From NCBI GenBank assembly GCA_030167865.1, contig JALAGF010005857.1, positions 186,001 through 214,158 on the forward strand: a stretch of 28,158 nt of DNA. Direction: 5' to 3'. The notes under the pieces are model-generated. The model had not been told where the DNA came from, made no database searches, and saw nothing but the letters and a program-made list of their open reading frames with translations. Origin of the DNA: Craspedostauros australis (taxonomy: Eukaryota). The position numbers and the translations under genes are program-made. Below are positions 19,401 through 28,158 of the stretch, piece after piece (the stretch's first letter is position 1; each line of letters begins with the position of its first letter).

Positions 19401-22400
19401 CTATTTCGATTTGCTGGATGACTTTGCCGTCGTATCCTCCAGAACATCCATCTTGTTGTTGTCGTCATCCTTGTCCTTTTCATGGCTCACGATGATTTCC
19501 TCCATCTCAGCATCCCGGCCTTCCTTCACGAACTGGACAAGCTTGTTCGTTTCGATCCATTGGATGAGTTCCCCCACTGTGAACAACCCATCCTTGTTTT
19601 CGTCCTGAGATGGATAACCGTCAAGTTCGTTTGGATGGAGTAGCGTGTGTTGGTTGGTGGGTTTGTTTGTTTGAAATCCATTCGATGCGTGCATGTTAGT
19701 ACAAATTCAAGTGTCGAGTGCACCATAGCAGGAAGAACTGGGAGACGGAACGCTGTGGATTCTTGCGCGCGTCTCTTCCTCATCGATTCATTCATTCATT
19801 GCCTGCAGACATGTCGCACATTCAAACACTTATCGTCACTGATCACTTACCATCTCCGCAGCGATTTCCATGGCTTCCTCGAGAGTGATCTCACGCTTGA
19901 GAACCTGCTGCAAGCAGTCTGCCATCTCCTCGCGGGACAAAATGCCATCCATGTCCTTGTCGAGGAAGTGGAGCTTGTCACCAATCTTGATTTTCACAGC
20001 CGACAGCTGTACCTCGATCTTGTCCACCATCGATTCGATGCGCTGTCTCAACCGATCAACAACGGGATCGACGACCACGTCCTCTTCCTCCTCGACTTCG
20101 TCATCAACGAGGGCGGTATCAACGTCATCTTCAGCCTGTGGAACAACCTGGGCGTCTCCAGCAGCAAGCGTATCACCTGCGTTCGATGCATCCCGCAGAT
20201 GAGCATCGGTTGTAAAGGTGGTGCTCGCCTCAGCCTCCGCCTTGGCTGCTTCGTCAGCCTCAGTGATCTTTGCAGCGGCAACGGCTGTGTCATCAAATTG
20301 GCTGTCCGCGATTTGGTCAGACTCCGATTTTTGCTGCTGCTGCTGCTGCTGCTGCAGTTCGGCTTCATTCGCATCAACACGTTCCGCCGTCGCTGATGGC
20401 ACCGTTGTATCATCGGCGACTTCCTCGATGGCTTCGGCATCCGACGATATCTTGTCTTGCTTATCATCCTGAATGGCCGACTTGAGCCTTTCCAAATCCG
20501 CTTTCTCTTTGCTCACGGGATCTGGTGTCAACAGCTGAGACAGGGCATCCATCTCTTGCGACGACAGGTCGTGGTCGTCATACTGATCCGATTCTGTGAC
20601 TTTATCCGACACCATCGCCGTTGATTCTGCGTCGGCGGTTGCTGTGACTGTTGAAGATGTGCCCGAGGGATCTGTGCCTGCTGCGGCAGAATCTGATGAA
20701 CTTGCTGCAGGTTCCACGTCCGTATTCGCTGAAGACGAATCAGCTATCTCTTCGACGGCGGGCGCACCTTCGCTGACGATGGCAGCGGTAGAATCGCTCT
20801 TTTCGGCAGTCTCTTTCTTCTTTGCGGCCGCCTCACGCTCGGCCTGCTCCTGCCGAATCTTCTCATTCTGATGCGTGACAACCTCAAGCTTGATCTTCTG
20901 AACGTTGGGGTCTGACTTCTTCTCTTCGGACGTCGCCACCTCAAGCACGACCTCGTTGACGACGTCCTTGTCGAGGCCGGAGATGGCGTCAACGATGGCC
21001 CCGACTGTCTTGTCGCTCGAGTCCGCCGAGGACATGACGAGCTCTTCTTGGAGGTAGAAGATGCGGCTCATGATGAGCAACGCGATCGGCACGTTCTTGT
21101 TGACACTGAGATCGAGCCACTGCTGCAGTGCGGATCTGTACGAATCCTTGCTCATCCCGGTGGAACGCATGCCGCGTTCCTGGCAGGCTTCGCGCAGCTC
21201 CATCTTGGTCAACGATTTGATTCCCTCCCACAGGATGCGCTGATCATCCTCCTTGAGCGAACGGATTTTGTGACGCAGCTGCAGTTGCAGGAACGTATCC
21301 GACCCGTAGGGTGGGATGGACATGTACTTGCACATATTGATGAGCTGCATGCGAGGCATGTTGCTCAGTGTAAGATCGTCTTGAAAGTAGGTTGCGTACT
21401 GGACGATGGCGTCGGACGACAGCGCCTCGCCACTGCGTGCTCTCTCTAGAAACTCCAGCATTGATGCTGCAGATTCTTCCTGCTTGCTTGCGATGGAGGC
21501 CTCCTCGTCACATCCGTCCTGTTCCTTGCCTGGCATGGCCTTCTCCTTTCGCTTTTGGGCGATCTGCTTTTGCTCCTTTGCCAATTCTTCCAGCGTCCTA
21601 TTTTGGTATTGAGAGCGTGAGCGTCAATCGATTGCAAAACCCGTGCAAACCCCATGCAGAACCCATGTAGAGTAAAGGCACACATGGCACGGTAGAAGAG
21701 TGTCGAGGTGAGAAAGCACAATTTTGGTTGATATACAATATAACTCATTCATCAGACGGATAGACAACCATAACAGTGCACAGCAAAGCGACAAATCAAC
21801 ATATTGTTACCAGCAGCAGCAGCAGCAGCAGAACAAGGCCGACTTACTCTTGGAAGAACTGTGCCATGGCGATACGAGACTGAAGTTCACGCTTCATGGT
21901 CTCCTCTGCCTTGAGGGAGTCCTGGAAGGTGCTGGGGAGCATGTTGGGAAAGATGCGCAAGGCAAAGGGCAGCGCGAATTCCATGAACGGGATGAGGATG
22001 AACATGGAGAACGGCACGATGCGGAAGAGATCGGAGACTGTGCGCAGCATCTGCTTACGCTCACGGCGTGTCAACGGTGACCCACCCAAAGTCTTTGCCA
22101 GCAGTCGTCTGGCTGTCCTCACATCCGCCATGAGGAGCTGCGAATAGAAGAGGTGAAGCAGGGGATATTCACAATGGCAACAACGGCGACAGTAGTAACG
22201 ACCACAAGGTGAGAAGGCGAGATCTTCAGCAAGAGTACTATGTACGGGCAGTTGATAAAGTGGTTGGTTGCGTTTGCGCGGAGCATTGCTTTTCCGACGG
22301 ATTGCCATCCTACGCATCAATCTCAAGGTTTGTGTCATGCTCAGAATAATGGCAAGACATGAACCAGCAACATATGCCGTGTGCTCCTGCTCCTCATCCA

Positions 22401-23327
22401 CACGTTCATCCATCCATGCTGAGATGAAGAGAAGGTGCAAAAATATTGCCCTTGCAGCATGCACAGTTGCCGAATCATGAAACATACGATGAAAGACAAC
22501 ATACAATGTCCTACCTTGGTCCCCATCCAATAATGATCGAATTCCTTTTGTGCCAGCTCCTTGATTTCCGCCACCTTCTTCGCCCGTTCGGCAGGATGCG
22601 AGAGGTAGTACCACGCAGTGCTGGGTGTATTGATGATGAAGGAAAAGATCGCCTTGAGTGCCGAAAGCGACACCTTGGTGGCCTGCGACATGAGTTTCTG
22701 CACATCGAAGCCGTTGGTCGAGCCGGACTTGGAGGAGGATGTCTTGGGTGTCGGAATCTTCGCGGTTGTGGCATATGGTTTGCGCGTTGTGACCTTCGTG
22801 CGCGCATTGGCCGAGATGGAAGGCTTTTTGGGGTCAGGTTTCTGGTCCTTGGTTTCATCCGATTGCGACGTCCCGACCGAAGAGAAGAATGAGATATGTT
22901 GATTCTGGAGGCTTGATAGCGGCGGCGGCGGCGGGATCGAGTAACGGCTGCCATGGAATAGATGGCGGGACGACTGCAGCGTCATTGATGAGAGAGACCG
23001 CATCTGCAGACTGGGGTGAGACAAAAAGACGTCAGAACTGTTTTGCGACCCCAAATACGCGTGGGTGCGTAGCTGCGGGCGGCTTGGATTGTTGGACTCC
23101 TTCATGGTGCCGCTGCATGCGGCGACACCCAGAGACGATCGAGCGTTACGAAGCGCATCACCTCTGCCTTTGAGATTTGCTGCAGTCAGAGTGGAAAGAG
23201 ACGGCACCGAACTCTCCGCAGACAGAGGCTTCGCAGCGGAGAGGAGTAGTTGCCCAGGGTGATGGCGTCCGCGGATCAAGACCCGAGATCGCGATGCAGC
23301 GAGCGTTGTTCGCAACAGCCCATTCAT
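19401..23327 (-). CDS. LETM1: LETM1/Mdm38-family mitochondrial inner-membrane protein with an EF-hand pair, 1017 aa; exons 23327-22515, 22137-21848, 21597-19851 and 19604-19401
   Basis: HYWMGTK|LLMADV, LTRRERKQMLRTVSDLFRIVPFSMFILIPFMEFALPFALRIFPNMLPSTF, LTLSNMPRMQL...ELREACQERGM...LQQWLDLS; EF loops DKDMDGILSREE and DENKDGLFTVGE. Three GT-AG introns splice in frame (3054 nt). The N-terminus is R/S/L-rich, like a mitochondrial presequence. Confidence 0.94.
21633..21670. repeat. 11-bp tandem repeat (TGCAAAACCCR-like, about 3.5 copies) in LETM1 intron 2
   Basis: tgcaaaacccg tgcaaacccca tgcagaaccca tgtag. Confidence 0.8.
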
Positions 23328-24234
23328 CTTGCCGCTACTGCCTTCCTGATCTGGTCGTTCAGTGCGGCGATTGCGAGATTGTATCCTGTTATACTCGTAC
23401 GAGTAAGCGCTCTTGTGATACGATGCAGCGGAGAGTCAGAGAGTGATCTGTCTGTGTTTGGTCCAAACGTTGCCCAAATTGTGCGGATGTGGAGCCCAGA
23501 TCGATCGCCATCCAATGAGGTGATGTGTCGTCACCTCCGTTTGTTTCTCCCAAACACGAAGATTCGTATTACGCTGTTGCGTGTGTGCCATGGGTTTGGA
23601 TTCGTCTCGGTTCGTCCTTTCCATATTTTGTCCGTTTGCTACGTCGTCAACCCCATTGCTTTCAACGTTGGCTGGACTGATGTTCGTGATCATCAAGTGC
23701 GAGTTTCGTGCCGTGTTTACTCTTTGAAACACTGTCCGTCGCAAGACAACCATCAAGCGTTTGTCCGATATACATATCGGACATCCGATTGTCGAACAGA
23801 ATTTGTGCGTCGATGTGACAATCGAGCAACGAGATCGGAACATGACGACGTCATCGATCGCAAACGTTTCTGAAGGTCATTTTTTCCGTCTTCTCCTCTG
23901 CCCAAGCATCCAAACAATTGGACCAAACGGAGTCGAACCAAGACTACAAATGAAACATAGCACACAACTACGAGCATCTGCGCACGAATTTGCGGAGCAG
24001 TCAAGCCACGAGTACTCTGACAAGAACATGAAGTACTCCAATGGTATTTGTATAACCACCACCAAGTGTGGAAAATTTGGAGATATGCAGCGGCAAAGCA
24101 GAGAGAACGAGAGTGGTCGCTCATGTAGACTAAATTTATGCATCGTACTATGTAGTTTGGGAAGCGTGGCAGTCGACGAGGTTGACATCGCATTCTCCTT
24201 CCATCGGTTTTCCAAGCAAAGTTATGCTTCCCCG

Positions 24235-24256
24235 CTCTCTCTCTCTCTCTCTCTCT
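24235..24256. repeat. (CT)11 microsatellite
   Basis: Read directly; about 80 nt downstream of the stop of the minus-strand secreted-protein gene. Confidence 0.9.
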
Positions 24257-24333
24257 TGCTGTCAGTGGCTGAGAGGCTCCTATCTATGGTACCCTAAAGC
24301 TAAATCGGTATGATAGGAGCACAGCGTGTTGCC

Positions 24334-26020
24334 CTAAAGTTTCTCGTTGACCAAGCTCCTGATTGCGTTGCTGCATCCAGACCCACCACCAACAAGATAG
24401 TTCGACAATTTTTGCAACTCAGTGCTGGTCACTTTCCCTTCGGTGCGCAGCTTCTTGTAGTGGTCGTATAGATCATTGTTCTGATTGATGCCCTCACATG
24501 CGCCGAAGCTTACGTCGACGTAAGACAGTGTGCAGACAAACCCTCCGAGCGGCGAGTACTCGAACCGAAAGTAGGAGTTACCTGGATTCACCTGAGTGCA
24601 ATCGGATCGACTCACGACTGGCATCTTCTCAATGCAACCACACATCGGTGCGCCGGGGACGTTCCTGACATACCCACGTTTCATGAAGTGGTCATATCTG
24701 TTGGTAGCCGCGACGACGGAGGAAATGATTGATGGCGACGTTGGCAGCAATGACCACAAAATGATGGTGAAAGTTGCACCACAAACATATGGGCAACAAG
24801 AATGAAAGGCAACGAAAAGGAGTGAAAGAGCAGGACATGGACAGAGCTGTGAGTTCCTCACTGATGATAGTTGCATGTCGACAGCAATCGAGAAGATGAT
24901 ACGAGCAAATTATCACACGATACAACACATGATTGATGACTGATGTCGATCATGGAGGGAAAAATGACTCATTGACGACGAGCAAAGATAGCACCATCGT
25001 CATCGTCAGCAGCAACAGCATCGTCATCGAGAATACTTACACGCTCACGTGGTACAAGTTGTTCCCCTTGTAAATTGCCGAAGGATCCTTTGCGTTCGAT
25101 GCCCATGCGAATCCATGGCAATGGGCTGGACCTTCGCCCTCGTCGTTATCGTTAGGATACAACGCGTAGCCATTCTTGACACGGGCAGAATCAGGAGCGT
25201 TGGACATGTCCACCAAGCAGATGTCGGTGTTGTCAGCTGGATCGGCGTCGACGCAGTTCTGATCGTACGGACGCGCGCAATCGCCGTTGTTATCGTCGGC
25301 CTGCCGATCTTGTACCCAGCAGCACATGGCAGCACGTAGTTCGCAATCCTGGAAGTTGCTGATTCCTGGTTTGCCTCCGAGTTGGCTTGTGGGTTCACCG
25401 GGCCAATGGATTAGACCTTGTTGAGCATGAATTGAGTGGACGCGTTCGATTGTCTCCTTGTACAGGTCTTCGAGATCATCGTCGACATGTTGATGTTCGA
25501 CGATGGTTTCACGACCTCCATTCATAATGGTGCCGCCGTCGAAGAACTCCTTGGTCTGTGCGCGGTTGTACCGCAACGCTTCGTCGATGGTCAAACCGTA
25601 GTTTGTGAAGTACGAGTTGGAAGCCGCAAGGCAACGGCTCGCAACTTCGTCTTCGACGTCATCTTCACGAACGGCGAGCATCATGGACAACTCCCTCCTC
25701 GCAGTGTGGCCATTGCACACGGCCCCTGCACTTCTGAGACGAGAGTCAACCATCCCGTAAATGGATTGATAGTTGCATGGGTCGTTGCTAAGTAGCTCAA
25801 ACGGCGACAGGCAAATCAGAGCAGCGTTCCCGCCCGTCGATGAACCGCCGGGGACGCTTGGCCGGGTCGGGTTGCTGATGGTACCAATGTCATTGAGGCT
25901 ATCAGAGTTCTCACGAAGAGAGTTGGCAGCAGTAGCACGATGCTGATTGTTCTTACCGATCGCAGTGGTATCCCACACGACAAGACACCAAAGGATAGCT
26001 GCGGCGGCGGTGATCTTCAT
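24334..26020 (-). CDS. secreted Cys/Asp-rich protein of unknown function, 447 aa; exons 26020-25041 and 24697-24334
   Basis: Signal peptide MKITAAAAILWCLVVWDTTAIG. The phase-2 intron 25040-24698 (GTAAGT...AACAG) joins GNNLYHVSV|YDHFMKRGYVRNVPGAPMCGC. Globular Cys-rich sequence (CCWVQDRQADDNNGDC, HCHGFAW). Confidence 0.85.
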
Positions 26021-26397
26021 TGTTGATCTATGTTTTGATGAATGGCAAGTGAGTTCAGATTGTTGTTTGTTGCTTTTTTGTGAGAAAGATAAGAATTGTG
26101 AGACGTAGATCGAAGCAGTTTGGCTGAGTACGCGAAAACGACTGCGAGCGCCCACGGCTGGACGGGGACGATTTCACATTTGGTTGTTGATGTTGGCCAC
26201 TCGACTCCATTCGACTTCACTGCACTCGACCAATACTCGACTGAAGTTCTGCTTTTGTCGAAGGCTCTCAATCTCTAATGTGAAGGACCGTGCAACTGAT
26301 TGACGCTTCAGATGAGAAACAACGAACCAATCCAGCGCTTCGACCAAACACAGTCGTAGCTTGCGATACTAAGACCTTCGAGTCCGACTGACGCTCC

Positions 26398-26434
26398 AAG
26401 TACGTACGAGTACGTACAAGTACGTACAAGTACT
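26398..26434. repeat. 10-bp tandem repeat (AGTACGTACA, about 3.5 copies) containing the palindrome GTACGTAC
   Basis: aagtacgtacgagtacgtacaagtacgtacaagtact. Confidence 0.9.
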
Positions 26435-27495
26435 AGGTTGTCAGCCACCATCGGCCACATGAATCTTGATCGATCCTGTGTTGACAGCATTCGGCGCGAT
26501 TCTGCATGTACCATATTGCGTCGCCGATCCCTTGTTCCATCACTGTTGTTGACCGAAAGGCTGACCTTCGCATTGTTGCACCGAAAACAGAGTATGAGAG
26601 TCGAAGATCATTCTTGCTCAGTTTCCAATGAAGTACCCCTGGGGAACGTGCCTTCAACCTATGTGATGCCTTCGGTCTTGGTGACATGATGCATCACCCT
26701 TTGAGATATATGGTCGCCGCAAACGCGCACATCCTCGGCTTCCGATAGTGTGCTGCTGCACCCAAGATGCATGTTTGCTTTCGTCTGTCTGTTTGGAGGC
26801 ATGCAGCCAAATCACAAGGACAAGAAAGAGGGACGATGCTTCACGAGTCGATTCTTTCACAAGATACGAGCCCTCTCTCGTAACGGAGTTTCTCACGAGC
26901 GCAGGTGAACATCCAATGTTGTTGGCCATCCTTTTGTGGCACAGAATCATAAATCTGATGGATGAGACGAAATTTGGCGCGCCTGGATTTTGACACCCAT
27001 TGTTGTACCGATCGCTGCGCGAATTCAATGCCAAACATGCAACAACAGAACACACAGGATCAAGATTCATAGGAACAGCCATCTGCAAGACTACCTCCTA
27101 TTAGGATGCGGTGAATGATCTATTTCTGGAGATGGAATCATCGAGGGTCTTCGACCTCCTCTCCGGAGAGAGGGTCTATCATGCTATCTACTAGACGACT
27201 ACATGGACTATTTAAGCATGTCTGAATCACCTTCACGGCACGACGACCAGACCACACATCACAAACTCAATCGTGTCCCTCCAAAAACAAAGATCAACGA
27301 ACAAATGTGTTGCGCGGCAGATCAACAGACCAACGCTACTCACCAACACATCATCGCTCTCGCCGACACTCATCAAAGAAGGGAGGAAGTACCGAGCAAG
27401 GAAGACAGAAGACGACAATCATCAAGTAATCTCAGAAGGACGCCTCGCATGCACTCATTGATTCCATACTGGTACACCAGGATTCAACAACCATC

Positions 27496-28105
27496 ATGAG
27501 TGGGATATCATCAGTCCATCAACGTCAGCGGCAACGGCAACCACAATGGCGACCACAATGGCAACCGGAGCAACGGGAGCACGCGTTCTGCGCGCTTTTC
27601 ATGCTGCTGCTCTGTTGCGGTTGTTCGTTGACTTCGGCATTTGTGCCATCATCGTTGTCATCCGCAAAGCGTCAGCAACAGCAGCAGTATGAACACCAGC
27701 ATCGGCCACTCTCGCGTTCAAATGCGGCCGTCCCACGATCGTGGACATGGTCGTGGACTACTACATCGTCATCGTTGTCGCCATCGTCGCCAACGGTTTC
27801 ACTGACAGCAAAGACAACATCCACCGCTCTGTTTGGAAAGCTGTGGGATAGAATGGAGCTGGAGGAGGACGAGGAGCACTTTTGGTATGTCCTCAATTGC
27901 GTGGCAGGGCTCGAGATGGACTTGTTGGAGCAATGCAAGCAGCGCTGTGGAGAGATGGAGGATGTCACCAAGTTCCTGGTGCCGACGGAGAGGAAGACGA
28001 GGTCACATGGTGCCAAGCGCATCGTCACGGAGACCAAGGTGAAGTACTTGGGCTACGTCTTCGCCAAGCTCCGTCTTTGCGAGAAGACTTACGAAGCAAT
28101 CCAAG
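27496..28105 (+). CDS. plastid-targeted NusG-like transcription elongation factor, exon 1 (gene continues past the window)
   Basis: NGN-domain-like WYVLNCVAGLE...FLVPTERK...KVKYLGYVFAKLRL...YEAIQ. The signal peptide ends TSA-FVP and is followed by an S/T-rich transit peptide. Donor G|GTACGT at 28106. Confidence 0.82.
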
Positions 28106-28158
28106 GTACGTAAACAATGCAGAGGTGGACAAGTGGCCCTGTGTCTTGATGTGATGTG

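Noticed and set aside
23250..24297. ORFs 23250..23873 and 23761..24297
   Set aside because: Non-ATG starts, no motifs and atypical composition; probably the LETM1 promoter and intergenic DNA.
26440..27480. Possible transposon remnant or hammerhead-like CTGATGG...GAAA (about 26955-26972) in the long intergenic region
   Set aside because: No terminal repeats or transposase/RT motifs, and the hammerhead core CUGANGA and its stems are not met.

Overview
Eukaryotic nuclear DNA, most likely from a diatom. Evidence: GT-AG introns of about 140-740 nt, bipartite 'ASAF'-type plastid presequences, and many CAA/CAG microsatellites. Nine protein-coding genes can be reconstructed by hand-splicing. They are a head-to-head pair of ribosomal protein genes (RPS4 on -, RPS13 on +), a C2H2-finger/ankyrin protein, a plastid-type lipoyl synthase, adenosine deaminase, an intronless 2526-aa protein with about 20 IQ motifs, a LETM1/EF-hand mitochondrial protein, a secreted Cys/Asp-rich protein of unknown function, and the 5' part of a plastid-targeted NusG-like factor. 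I found no CRISPR array, tRNA, rRNA or recognisable transposon, and no coherent new multi-gene system. The best leads are: a structured, H/ACA-like RNA candidate in the RPS13 5'UTR intron; introns placed at or inside the start codons of both RP genes; a possible ArgRS-N-terminal-like domain fused to a zinc finger and ankyrins; the giant motorless IQ protein with an ATG-depleted leader of about 950 nt carrying one uORF; and the uncharacterised secreted protein with a GTAC-palindrome array upstream. All family assignments come from motif recognition by eye, not from database searches.
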